This document shows positions 10,666 through 20,374 of a stretch of DNA of 64,000 nt, one piece after another. A program made the translations under genes and the position numbers. The notes below the pieces were generated by a model. It was not told the DNA's origin. It worked only from the letters and a program-made list of their open reading frames with translations, and did not search any database. This DNA is from an uncultured Gemmatimonadaceae bacterium (GTDB taxonomy: Bacteria > Gemmatimonadota > Gemmatimonadetes > Gemmatimonadales > Gemmatimonadaceae), in contig CAVUDW010000002.1 of NCBI GenBank assembly GCA_963740355.1, forward strand, positions 1,088,001 to 1,152,000. The letters run 5' to 3'. The stretch's first letter is position 1. Every line of letters starts with the position of its first letter.

Positions 10666-13425
10666 CTACGGCTGCCAGTTGAATCCGACGGCGAAGGTGC
10701 GGCCGGTGTAGTAGGACTCGCGCGTCACCGGACCCTGTTCGATCCGATACTGTGCATCGAGCAGGTTCTTCGCATCGAAGCGACCGCTGAAGCCCGCACC
10801 CACCGGGAAGCGCAGCGAGAAGTCCACGACGTTGCGTGCCAGTTCCTTCACGTCCGGCAGCGGGCGCTCGCCGGCGTCGATGATGCGCGCGCCGACGGTG
10901 TTGTAGAGCAGGGTGGCGCTGGTGCTGCCGCTGGTGGTGGTCCACGTGACGCCGGTGTTGATCATGTACGGCGCCTGGCCGACCATCGCACGATCGGAGC
11001 TGGTCACGCTGGCGAGGCCCTGGCGCAGCTCGATCTTGCTTTTCATGAGCGTGGCATTGGTGAACACCGAGACGTTCTCCAGTGCGCCAGCCAGCTTGCC
11101 GAGGCCGGAGCGGGCCTCGAGTTCCACACCGACGTTGTTGGCGCGCTTTGCGTTCTGGTACGAGACGATGCGCGTGCCCGACGTGCCGAGATAGATGCGC
11201 TCGATCGGGTTGTCGAACTGCTTGCCGAAGAGCGAGACGCTGAACACTTCATTGCGCGTCGGGAACCACTCCCAGCGGATGTCCGCGTTCTTGATCAGCG
11301 AGCGGACGAGATCCTTGTTGCCGAGGAAGTTGTCGCCACCGAGCACGTCGCGGAACTGCAGTGGCGCCAGTTCGCGGTATTCAGGCCGGGCCAGCGTCTG
11401 CGACACCGAGATGCGCACGTTCTGGTTTTCGCTGGCCTTCACCGTCACGGCCAGCGATGGCAACACATCGTTGAACGTCGGCTTGGTGATCACGGCCGGT
11501 CCGATGGTCGGCGATGCCACGACCTGCACTTCTGAGCGTTCGAAACGGGCACCGGTCACCACGTTGACCGACGGCCGCACTTGCCAGTTCATCATCACGT
11601 ACGCTGCGCTGAGGCGATCCTGCGCGGTGTAGCTGCCACCCTGTGCCAGTGGCACGAGGCGCATGGCGCTGCTGCCGGGCTGCGTGAAGCGGCCATCGAA
11701 GATCGACTCCGGCGCCAGCTGACGCTGCGCGTTGTCGAGACCGAAGCCCTGCACGCTATAGACGTTGTTGGTGGCGTCGCGATCCGTGGAGCGATACAGG
11801 CCACCGAACTTCACGCGCAGCTCCTTCGACGGGTCGAAGAAGTTCATGCGGTAGTTGACCTGGCCTTCATAGTTGTTCTCGCGCAGGTCGCCGAAGGTGC
11901 GCACCGCGCCTTCATTGCCGATCGCGAACCATTCCGGCGTCGCGCTGCCGTTCACCGTGTAGACGATCTCCGAGCGATCCGGCTCCTGCCGCGTGACGCC
12001 CGATGCCGTCGCCGAATAGTCGAGCTGGTGCCGCCCACCGAAGAGCGAGTGTTCCACTGCCAGCTGCGAGCTGCGGATCATGCGCTCGACATACTGCAGG
12101 CGCGTGATGTTCAGCTGCGTGCCAAGATTCTCGCTGGTGCCCGTCTCGACGCGAGCATCGTTGTCGCTGGTGCGGTTGTACGTGTTGTTGAGCGAGACCT
12201 TGGTGGCGCGACCAAGGAAGGTGCTGAAGTTCGCCAGGCCGCCCCACAGCACACCGGTGCCGGCAGACGTGCCGCTGAACCGATCCACTTCCTCGACCGT
12301 GTTGCGTGCGAGGGCGTAGGCACGGACCTGCCGTTCCTTGATGTTCTGCTGGACGTTGTAGTTGGCGCTCAGCAGGTAGCCGAAGCGCTGGCCCAGGATC
12401 GGGTCGCTGCCACCGACCGACATGCCAAAGCTGCCGTTCGGCTTGCCCGTCGTCGGCGTCGCGCTCCAACGGTTGCGGAAGGTGCCGATCAAGCTGTTCA
12501 GCTCACCCTGGCCCGGCTGCGGATCGAACGTGCCGTAGCTGCGGATGATGCTGGGCAGTTCGCGCTTCGAGGAGCCGAGCGCGAAGTAGTCGCTGCCCGT
12601 GTTGCCAGCCGAGATGGTGTTCTTGCCCGTCACCGCGGCGTTGTAGCCGCTCGACGATGAGAACACGAACGTGCGCTGCGCCGGGAATTCCTTCGTCTGG
12701 ATGTTCACGGCGGCGCCGGCGAAATCGCCCGGCTGGTCGGGCGTGAACGTCTTCGAGGTGGTGACGCTCTGGATCAGGCTCGCGGGGAAGAGGTCGAGCG
12801 GAACGACCTTGCGCTCCGGCTCCGGGCTCGGCAACCGTGCGCCATTCAGAGACGACGTCGTGTAGCGATCGCCTAGGCCGCGCACGAACACATACTTGCC
12901 ATCCTGCACGCTCACGCCACTCACACGACCGACGGCCGCGGCTGCGTCAGCGTCAGGGCTTTTGGCGATCTGCTCGCTGGTGACGGTGTTGATGATCGCG
13001 GCAGCACTGCGCTGACGATCGAGCGCCGCGCTCACCGAGCCGCGTTCCTGCGTCGCGGTCACGGTGGCGGTCGCCAACTGCATCGTCGCGGGGGCCATCG
13101 CGATGTTCTGCTCAACGGTCTGGCCTGCGCCCACCGTGATGCCCGTGATCGTCTTCGATGCAAAGCCGATGCGCCGTGCGAGGATCGTGACGCTGCCCGC
13201 TGGTACGCCAGCGAGGGTGTAGCGGCCATCCACGCCAGACAGCGCGCCCATCGTCGTACCCACCACCTGGATGCCGACATCCGACATTCCATTGCCCTGC
13301 GGGTCCAGCACTCGACCGGTGATCCGACCGCGCGCCGCGGAAGGCGTCTGCGCATGTACGAAAGTCGAAAGGCTGCACACGGCGACGAGCGCGAGTGACA
13401 GCCGGCGAACGAAAGAAAGCGACAT
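10666..13425 (-). CDS. TonB-dependent receptor with an N-terminal carboxypeptidase-regulatory-like domain
   Basis: Signal peptide; GRITGRVLD...RRIGF N-domain; plug motif YVFVRGLGDRY...LNG; TLARPEYRELAP; NLLD; C-terminal FNWQP. Confidence 0.93.
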   Translation of the reverse strand: MSLSFVRRLSLALVAVCSLSTFVHAQTPSAARGRITGRVLDPQGNGMSDVGIQVVGTTMGALSGVDGRYTLAGVPAGSVTILARRIGFASKTITGITVGAGQTVEQNIAMAPATMQLATATVTATQERGSVSAALDRQRSAAAIINTVTSEQIAKSPDADAAAAVGRVSGVSVQDGKYVFVRGLGDRYTTSSLNGARLPSPEPERKVVPLDLFPASLIQSVTTSKTFTPDQPGDFAGAAVNIQTKEFPAQRTFVFSSSSGYNAAVTGKNTISAGNTGSDYFALGSSKRELPSIIRSYGTFDPQPGQGELNSLIGTFRNRWSATPTTGKPNGSFGMSVGGSDPILGQRFGYLLSANYNVQQNIKERQVRAYALARNTVEEVDRFSGTSAGTGVLWGGLANFSTFLGRATKVSLNNTYNRTSDNDARVETGTSENLGTQLNITRLQYVERMIRSSQLAVEHSLFGGRHQLDYSATASGVTRQEPDRSEIVYTVNGSATPEWFAIGNEGAVRTFGDLRENNYEGQVNYRMNFFDPSKELRVKFGGLYRSTDRDATNNVYSVQGFGLDNAQRQLAPESIFDGRFTQPGSSAMRLVPLAQGGSYTAQDRLSAAYVMMNWQVRPSVNVVTGARFERSEVQVVASPTIGPAVITKPTFNDVLPSLAVTVKASENQNVRISVSQTLARPEYRELAPLQFRDVLGGDNFLGNKDLVRSLIKNADIRWEWFPTRNEVFSVSLFGKQFDNPIERIYLGTSGTRIVSYQNAKRANNVGVELEARSGLGKLAGALENVSVFTNATLMKSKIELRQGLASVTSSDRAMVGQAPYMINTGVTWTTTSGSTSATLLYNTVGARIIDAGERPLPDVKELARNVVDFSLRFPVGAGFSGRFDAKNLLDAQYRIEQGPVTRESYYTGRTFAVGFNWQP

Positions 13426-13499
13426 ATGGATTCGCGAATCGATTCGGGGTGATCGCGTGGGCCAGGTACCGTCGCCCACTGCGTGCCGTAGCACGCACC

Positions 13500-13601
13500 G
13501 TTACGTTCGCGTTCCCATGTGACAGTGCCCCCGCATTTCTGCAACGGACGTGTAACGGCGTACCGTAACCGGGCTGTCGCCGTCCGTTACACGTCCGTGA
13601 C
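13500..13601 (-). promoter_or_regulatory. Putative PhoB-type direct-repeat operator upstream of the TBDR
   Basis: GTnAC-like half-sites at 13519, 13541, 13552 (11-bp phase) plus pairs at 13565/13576 and 13586/13597; minus strand reads GTTAC-N6-GTTGC and CTGTCAC. Confidence 0.45.
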
Positions 13602-15302
13602 GGGGACCGGCCAGGTGGTCGTGATGGTCGTCCCGACGCCCGCCTCGCTCTCGGCGGTCACGTTGCCGCCGTGCGCCTCCACCAGGTGCCGCACTATGGC
13701 CAGCCCGAGCCCGGTGCCGCCCTGCTCGCGCGAGCGGGCCGGATCGACGCGGTAGAACCGCTCGAAGATGCGCGGCAGGTGATCGGCCGGTATGCCGATG
13801 CCAGTGTCGGTCACGGCCAAGGTGATGGTCTCGCCGTCTCGACGTGCCACGACCTTCACCGTGCCTTCCGCAGTGTGCCGTACCGCGTTCTCGACGAGGT
13901 TGCCCAGCACCTGACGGAGTGCGGTCGGATCCGCCAGGACCTCCTCGGCGTCGGCGGCAATGTCGGCACGCACCACCACCGCCTTCGCCGCCGCCGCCGG
14001 CTTCACGGCCAGCATCACGTCGGCCACCACGTCCGGAATCCTGCTCCAGACGGGATTCGGACGCCACCCGCCGCTCTCGATCCGGCTCAGGTCGAGCAGG
14101 TCATCCACGATGCGCTGCATTCGCCTGGTGTTCGACAGGATGGTCTGCAGGAACGCCTGTCGATTCCCGATCGGCATGTCGCTGTCATCCACCAGCGTTT
14201 CCGCATACCCGCCAACGATCGTGAGCGGTGTGCGCAGCTCGTGACTGACGTTGGCGACGAAGTCGCGGCGCACCTGCTCCAGCCGGCGGATCGGCGTCAG
14301 GTCGTACATCGCCAGCACGGCACCGCCGTCCGTGAGCGGGCGCGCCACGAGCGAAATTGCGCGCCCGAACAGCAGGACTTCGCGCGGCTCCACGATCTGC
14401 CCGGAGAGGGCGCGCTGCAACGCGTCGCGGAGGTGCGAGTCGGTGGGGAGGCGATCGACGGAAAACGGCACTTCTCCCTCGACACTCGCCAGCACGCGTC
14501 CGACATCGTTGATGCGCATCACCTGTCGCCCGGAGTCGACGGCGATCGCCCCTTCGGTCAGCGAATCGAAGAGCTCCGTGAGCAGCGACTCTTCGGCCTC
14601 CAGCGTGGCGAGGCGCGCGCCCAGCTGCTCCGCCAGTCGATGGACCGCGCGCGCCAGGTCACCCACTTCGCCCGGTGCCGACAGCGCCGGCCTGCGCGAG
14701 AGGTCGCCAGCCGCGAGTGACTGTGCCACATCGCGTAGCTCGATGATCGGCTTGGTGATGGAGCGCGAGAAGAACCAGCCGAACAGCGCCACCGCGAAGA
14801 TGGCACCGACACCCACCAGCAGGATGTCGACGCGTGAACGGGCGAAGAGTTCGTCCACGGCGCGTGTGCGCACGGACACGCGCGAGACACCGAGCGGCAT
14901 GCGCACCGCGACGTACAACTCCTCGTCACCCGCCGAGGCGGAGAGGCGTCGTGCCTGACCGGTCCCGGTCTCCAGTGCATTCTGCACTTCGGGCCGCGTC
15001 CTGTGATTTTCGAGCTGGCCGAGGCGTGGTGGATCGAAGTCGGAGTCACCAAGCACCACGCCGTCGGCATCGATCAACGTCACGCGGTGCCCGGTTGCGA
15101 CACCGGCCGCGTTGGCGATCGCGTCCGCCTGCGCACGATCATTCCACTGCGCCGCGAGCAGGCGCGCCTCGCTCTGCAGTTGCGCCACCTGCTCCTCGCC
15201 GATCCGCTTGTAGAGCCGACGATCGAGAACACCAATGACCGCCGCCAGCAGCAGTGACACGCCGAGGACGAGGCCGAGCAGGAGTCGGGTAGTGAGACGC
15301 AC
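13587..15302 (-). CDS. phoR: PhoR-type sensor histidine kinase (HAMP-PAS-HisKA-HATPase)
   Basis: Two TM helices, ENHRTRPEV, RRDFVANVSHELRTPL, NLVENA, FERFYRVD, GGTGLGLAIV. Confidence 0.9.
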   Translation of the reverse strand: MRLTTRLLLGLVLGVSLLLAAVIGVLDRRLYKRIGEEQVAQLQSEARLLAAQWNDRAQADAIANAAGVATGHRVTLIDADGVVLGDSDFDPPRLGQLENHRTRPEVQNALETGTGQARRLSASAGDEELYVAVRMPLGVSRVSVRTRAVDELFARSRVDILLVGVGAIFAVALFGWFFSRSITKPIIELRDVAQSLAAGDLSRRPALSAPGEVGDLARAVHRLAEQLGARLATLEAEESLLTELFDSLTEGAIAVDSGRQVMRINDVGRVLASVEGEVPFSVDRLPTDSHLRDALQRALSGQIVEPREVLLFGRAISLVARPLTDGGAVLAMYDLTPIRRLEQVRRDFVANVSHELRTPLTIVGGYAETLVDDSDMPIGNRQAFLQTILSNTRRMQRIVDDLLDLSRIESGGWRPNPVWSRIPDVVADVMLAVKPAAAAKAVVVRADIAADAEEVLADPTALRQVLGNLVENAVRHTAEGTVKVVARRDGETITLAVTDTGIGIPADHLPRIFERFYRVDPARSREQGGTGLGLAIVRHLVEAHGGNVTAESEAGVGTTITTTWPVPVTDV

Positions 15303-15340
15303 GGGCGGAAGCTAGCGCGCAGCCAGTCGTGCCTGGTGCC

Positions 15341-16057
15341 TTACCGGGTCGAGGCTCCGCGCATCCGGTAGCCGAAGCCGCGCACCGTCTCGATCAGGTC
15401 TCCGGCGTCGCCAAGCTTCGTCCGCAGCCGCTGGATGTGCATGTCCACCGTGCGCGTCTGGATGTCGGGCGCGGCTTCCCACACCGTCTCCAGCAGGTGA
15501 CCGCGCGCCTGTACGCGACCTCGGCGTTCAGCGAGGGTGATCAGCAGCTTGTATTCGGTCGGCGTGAGCTCGACCTCATCGTTCTCGATGGCGACGCGAT
15601 GCGCCGCGCGATCGATGCGGATCGGCCCGATCTGGAGCAGGTCGGCCGGCGCCTCGGTGGCACCCGTGGTCCGGCGGAGAATCGCGCCGACTCGGAGCAC
15701 CAGTTCCTGTGGACTGAACGGCTTGGTGAGGTAGTCATCGGCACCGAGCGACAGGCCGCGAATGCGATCCTGCTCTTCCTTGCGGGCGGTCAACATCAGC
15801 ACGGCGATGTGACGCGTGCCTTCCTCAGCGCGAATGTGCTCGAGTACGTCGAAGCCGCTCATGCCAGGGAGCATGAGATCCAGCACCAGCAACGACGGCC
15901 GTTCCTGCCGCGCGATCGAGAGGGCATCGGTGCCGTTCGAGGCGGTGGACACGCGGTAGTTCGTCTTCGCCAGGTGGTAGGCGACGAGGGCGACGATGTC
16001 CGGCTCGTCGTCGACGACCAGGATCCGTTCCTGCACATGCTGCACGGGGCTGGTCAT
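15341..16057 (-). CDS. phoB: PhoB/PhoP-type OmpR-family response regulator
   Basis: ILVVDDE, LDLMLPG, LTAR, GADDYLTKPF, TRTVDMHIQRLRTKL, ETVRGFGY; adjacent to phoR and phosphate genes. Confidence 0.88.
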   Translation of the reverse strand: MTSPVQHVQERILVVDDEPDIVALVAYHLAKTNYRVSTASNGTDALSIARQERPSLLVLDLMLPGMSGFDVLEHIRAEEGTRHIAVLMLTARKEEQDRIRGLSLGADDYLTKPFSPQELVLRVGAILRRTTGATEAPADLLQIGPIRIDRAAHRVAIENDEVELTPTEYKLLITLAERRGRVQARGHLLETVWEAAPDIQTRTVDMHIQRLRTKLGDAGDLIETVRGFGYRMRGASTR

Positions 16058-16767
16058 GCCGTGTGCCCTTCGCGGATCGCAGGATGCGACCCGGTGGGCG
16101 TGAGACGACGTTCGTCCGCCACCATCGGAATGTGCGGTGCGCCGTTGGTGGCCAGCCGCTGCCTGATCTTCGCCAGAATCATTTCAATCGCCACTGTGTT
16201 ATGGCCACCGCGCGGGACGATGACATCCGCCCAGCGCTTGCTTGGTTCGATGAACTGCAGGTGCATCGGTCGCACCGTATTGACGTACTGCTCGAGAATT
16301 TCCTCCAGCGGCCGGCCGCGGGATGCCATGTCGCGCCGGATCCGCCGCACCAGCCGGATGTCCGCATCCGCGTCCACGAACACCTTCACGTCCAACCGCT
16401 GCCGCACCCGTTCGTCGGTGAACAGCAGGATGCCATCCACCACCACCACATCGACCTTGGCCACCCGCACCGTCTCGGCGCTGCGCGCGTGGATGGTGTA
16501 GTCGTAGATCGGCTTCTCGATTGGCTCGCCCCGCGACATGGCGTCGAGGTGTGAGACGAAGAGATCGATGTCGAACGCGTCCGGATGGTCCCAGTTGATG
16601 TGATGCAGCTCCCGCATGGACAACCCGGAGTGATTCCGGTAGTACGAGTCCATTTCCACGAACGCGACGGAGGAATCGGCCAGGGCGGCCGCGACCCGAC
16701 GGGCGACGGTGGTCTTGCCGGATCCGGTACCTCCGGCAATTCCGATCATCAGCGGGCGGTTCGGCAC
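16054..16767 (-). CDS. udk: Uridine kinase
   Basis: IGIAGGTGSGKTT, DSYY, NWDHPDAFD, RRIRRD, VRPMHLQFIEPSKRWAD. Confidence 0.95.
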   Translation of the reverse strand: MPNRPLMIGIAGGTGSGKTTVARRVAAALADSSVAFVEMDSYYRNHSGLSMRELHHINWDHPDAFDIDLFVSHLDAMSRGEPIEKPIYDYTIHARSAETVRVAKVDVVVVDGILLFTDERVRQRLDVKVFVDADADIRLVRRIRRDMASRGRPLEEILEQYVNTVRPMHLQFIEPSKRWADVIVPRGGHNTVAIEMILAKIRQRLATNGAPHIPMVADERRLTPTGSHPAIREGHTA

Positions 16768-16779
16768 TGCACCTCCATC

Positions 16780-16805
16780 GTCACGAATACATGGTGATTC
16801 GTGAC
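16780..16805. promoter_or_regulatory. Inverted repeat GTCACGAAT-N8-ATTCGTGAC in the udk/nucleotidase divergent promoter
   Basis: Perfect 9-bp arms; an extra ATTCGTGA half-site at 16815; immediately upstream of the udk SD (GGAGG). Confidence 0.45.
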
Positions 16806-16943
16806 TGTGTTGTAATTCGTGATGATTCGGTCACGACTCCGTATCGACGCACCGGGAGCGGTGGCGATCCTGCGGCAATCTACCCGGGGAAGGCCGGGCC
16901 CGGTCCGCTGCCGGGGGACGACCGGCTCCGCTAGCTTCCCTCC

Positions 16944-19900
16944 ATGAAACTCATGCCATCGCACTGTCGGCGGCTCGTGACGCTGACGGCGCATTTGTTT
17001 GTGGCGGGGGCACTGGCGGCACAGCCGAGTCCCGCGACCCGCTCCCTGGTCGTGGTCGCCACGACCGACGTCCACGGCCGCCTCCGCGGCTGGGACTACT
17101 ACGACGGCCGCGCCGACAGCGCGCGCAGCCTCGCCGCCGCGGCCACCATCGTGGACTCGATCCGCGCCGCCCATCCCGGGGACGTCCTCCTGGTGGACGC
17201 CGGGGACCTGCTGCAGGGCAACCCGATGATGACGGTGGCCGCCAAAGCCACGGCGGCAAGGGTTCACCCCGTGATCGCGGCCATGAATGTGATGGCCTAT
17301 GACGCGGCAGCCGTGGGCAACCACGAGTTCAACTACGGCCTGCCCCTGCTCAAGCGCGCCATCGCACAGGCGCGATTCCCGTTCCTGTCGGCCAACGCGG
17401 TCGCGGCCCGGCCATCGGACGCATTCCCCCGGTTTACGCTCGTCCGTCGCGGGAATGTGACGGTCGGGATCGTGGGTGCGACCACGCCGGGCGTGATGGT
17501 CTGGGACCGTGACAATGTCCGGGGACGGATCCGATACACCGATATCGTCGCGTCCCTCAAGCGTGCGGCGGCCGATGCCCGGCGTGCCGGCGCCGACATC
17601 GTGGTGGCTGTGGTCCACGCCGGACTCGATGGCCAGGCCACCTATGACACGGTCGCAACGGGGTTGCCGAGCGAAAACGTGGTCAATCGGATCCCGCGCG
17701 AAGTCCCGGGCATCGACCTCGTGGTCTACGGACACTCGCATCGCGAGATGATCGACACGCTCATCAACGGTGTACGGCTGATGCAACCGCGCAACTACGC
17801 GGCGACGGTGGCGGTTGCCACCCTCAACCTGACCCGCGACGGGGGCAAGTGGTCCGTCGCCTCGTCCACCGGTGCGTCGGTGAAGGTGGCCCGCCACGCC
17901 GAATCGGCGGCGGTCCTTCGCGTCACGGAGGAGGCGCACCGGAAAGCGCTGGCGTACGTGGCCGAGTCCCTGGCCGTGACACGTGTTGCCTGGCGGGCCG
18001 ACCAGGCGCGCGCAGTCGACATGCCGATCACCGATCTTGTGGGCGAGGTGATGCGACGCGAGTCCGGGGCGCAGTTGGCTGCTGCGCCGGTCTTCTCGCT
18101 CGACGCACAGCTCGATAGCGGCACCATCACCGTCGCGGCGATCGCCAAGATCTATCCGTACGAAAACACTCTTCGCGCCGTGCGCATCAGCGGGGCACAG
18201 CTGCGCGCCTATCTGGAGCACAGCGCGAAGTACTGGAAGACATGGATCCGTGGCACCACGGCGTCGCTGGTCAACACCACGATCCCGGGATTCAACAACG
18301 ACATCGTCGTCGGCGCCGACTATGAAGTCGACCTCTCGAAGCCAGTCGGACGACGGATCTCGACGCTCGCGGTCGGTGGCACGCCGGTGCGTGACTCCGA
18401 TTCCTTCACCATCGCCCTCAGCAACTATCGCCAGACCGGAGGCGGCGGCTACGCGATGATCGCGAATGCCCCATTGGTCTACGAATCCAAGGGTGACATT
18501 CGCGAGATGATCGTCGAGGCCGTGCGGAAGGCGGGAAAGCTCGACCCGGCGGACTGGGCGCGCGTCAACTGGCGCATCGTACCTGAAGGCGCTGCGGTGG
18601 TGGCGCGTGCGTCACAACGGGGCGGTGCCGGTGATCGCGACGCGCGCGCCACGACTTTCGCCGGTCCGCGACTGCGTGTCATCGGTCTCAACGATTTCCA
18701 TGGCGCGTTCGAATCCCGCATCGGGGCCCGCAGCCAGCCGTTTGGTGGCGCCGGTGCACTGATCGCAGCGATCCGGCGTGCGCAGGCCGAGTGTGCACCG
18801 CCGAGCTGTTACTCGGTGCTGGTTGATGGCGGCGATGAGTTTCAGGGCACACCGGCCTCGAACCTCGCTTTCGGGCGCACCGTGGTGACGCTGTTCGATT
18901 CACTTGGACTGACAGCCGCAGCACTCGGCAATCATGAGTTCGACTACGGCCAGGACACCCTGCGCGCGCGCATCCGCCAGGCATCGTATCCCGTGCTCTC
19001 GGCCAACCTGCGCGATACCCTCGGCAACATCCCCGCCTGGATCAGGCAGGACACGATCGTCACGCGCGGTCCCTTCCAGGTTGGCATCATAGGCATCAGC
19101 ACCATCGAGACGCCGAAGACCACTCGTGCGATCAACGTCACCGACCTGCGATTCATCGATCCTGCCCCGGTCGTGAGCGAGCGGGCCAAGGCACTGCGCG
19201 CGCGAGGGGCGAACGTGATCGTCGTCACCGGCCATGTCGGCGGATTCTGCAACAATGGCGTGTGCGAAGGCGAGATCTTCGACATGGTGAACCGGCTCAC
19301 GTCGCCGGTGGATGTCGTCGTCAGCGGACACTCGCACAGCTACATCAACACGCGCCTTCGGGGCGTGCCGATCGTGCAGGCCCGGTCACGCGGTGAGGCG
19401 ATCGATGTGGTGGACCTGGCGGTTGGCGACACTACTGGGCATGCGACCGGCGACATCAACTTCTCGCGCGTGCTGACGGCGTCGGTACTCGATGTGATGG
19501 CCGATACCATCACCGCCGATCCGCAGGCCGCGCGCATCGCGAAGGCGGCGGTGGACGCGGTGGCGAGCATCATCGCCGAGCCGGTGGGCAAGATCAACAG
19601 CGACATGAAGCGCGATGGCTCGCAGTATGCGCTCGGCAACCTCGTGGCGGACGCGATGCGCGAGGCCGCGAGGAGTGACATCGCCGTCATGAACAACGGC
19701 GGCATTCGCGCCAATCTGCTGGCCGGCGACGTGAACTTCGGCCGCCTCTACGAAGTGCAGCCGTTCGGCAATACGCTCTACACCCTCAAGGTACGGGGCG
19801 CCGACCTGCGAGCGTACCTGTCGCGGTTGGTCGCAGGCAATTCTCCACGTGCCCATCTCAGTGGTGTTGCGCTGCGCTGGGATCCGGCGCGGCCGGCCGA

Positions 19901-20138
19901 TGACCGCATCGTCGAGGTCACCGTCGCTGGAAAGGCGATCGATGCCAGGCGGATCTACACCATCACACTCAATGACTTCATGGTCACGGGCGGTGATGGG
20001 CTGGGACTGGCCGGTGTCGCGCTCGAGACACGTGCCACCAACATCGTCGATCTCGACGCGCTCGTGTCGTACGTTCGTGCCCGCCCGCAGGGAGTGGTTG
20101 CTCCCGCTGTTGATCGCATCGTGTCAGTCACTCCATGA
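16944..20138 (+). CDS. Secreted tandem 2',3'-cyclic-nucleotide phosphodiesterase/3'-nucleotidase plus 5'-nucleotidase (YfkN-like)
   Basis: Signal peptide; two metallophosphoesterase motif sets (TTDVHG, DAGD, GNHEF, GHSH and NDFHG, DGGD, GNHEF, GHSH), each followed by a 5'-nucleotidase C-domain. Confidence 0.92.
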   Translation: MKLMPSHCRRLVTLTAHLFVAGALAAQPSPATRSLVVVATTDVHGRLRGWDYYDGRADSARSLAAAATIVDSIRAAHPGDVLLVDAGDLLQGNPMMTVAAKATAARVHPVIAAMNVMAYDAAAVGNHEFNYGLPLLKRAIAQARFPFLSANAVAARPSDAFPRFTLVRRGNVTVGIVGATTPGVMVWDRDNVRGRIRYTDIVASLKRAAADARRAGADIVVAVVHAGLDGQATYDTVATGLPSENVVNRIPREVPGIDLVVYGHSHREMIDTLINGVRLMQPRNYAATVAVATLNLTRDGGKWSVASSTGASVKVARHAESAAVLRVTEEAHRKALAYVAESLAVTRVAWRADQARAVDMPITDLVGEVMRRESGAQLAAAPVFSLDAQLDSGTITVAAIAKIYPYENTLRAVRISGAQLRAYLEHSAKYWKTWIRGTTASLVNTTIPGFNNDIVVGADYEVDLSKPVGRRISTLAVGGTPVRDSDSFTIALSNYRQTGGGGYAMIANAPLVYESKGDIREMIVEAVRKAGKLDPADWARVNWRIVPEGAAVVARASQRGGAGDRDARATTFAGPRLRVIGLNDFHGAFESRIGARSQPFGGAGALIAAIRRAQAECAPPSCYSVLVDGGDEFQGTPASNLAFGRTVVTLFDSLGLTAAALGNHEFDYGQDTLRARIRQASYPVLSANLRDTLGNIPAWIRQDTIVTRGPFQVGIIGISTIETPKTTRAINVTDLRFIDPAPVVSERAKALRARGANVIVVTGHVGGFCNNGVCEGEIFDMVNRLTSPVDVVVSGHSHSYINTRLRGVPIVQARSRGEAIDVVDLAVGDTTGHATGDINFSRVLTASVLDVMADTITADPQAARIAKAAVDAVASIIAEPVGKINSDMKRDGSQYALGNLVADAMREAARSDIAVMNNGGIRANLLAGDVNFGRLYEVQPFGNTLYTLKVRGADLRAYLSRLVAGNSPRAHLSGVALRWDPARPADDRIVEVTVAGKAIDARRIYTITLNDFMVTGGDGLGLAGVALETRATNIVDLDALVSYVRARPQGVVAPAVDRIVSVTP

Positions 20139-20374
20139 CCATGTCTACCGTTCGTGTGTTCGTGAATGCCCGCGGGCATGATGTCCCGCCTGGCGCCTCG
20201 GCGCTCGATGCCGTGCGCATCGCCGACGCAGCCGAAGCCGATGGCGTGACCGCCGGTACCCGCCAGATCACCGACAGCCGCGGCATCGCGGTGCAGCCCG
20301 AGACACCGGTGTATGGCGGTGTGATCTATCGCACCGTTGCCAACCGTGAACGCGACCCCGGGAGCACGTCGTGA
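20135..20374 (+). CDS. Small hypothetical protein, possible beta-grasp fold
   Basis: Fills the gap exactly, with 4-bp overlaps to both neighbours (ATGA, GTGA); normal codon usage. Confidence 0.75.
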   Translation: MTMSTVRVFVNARGHDVPPGASALDAVRIADAAEADGVTAGTRQITDSRGIAVQPETPVYGGVIYRTVANRERDPGSTS

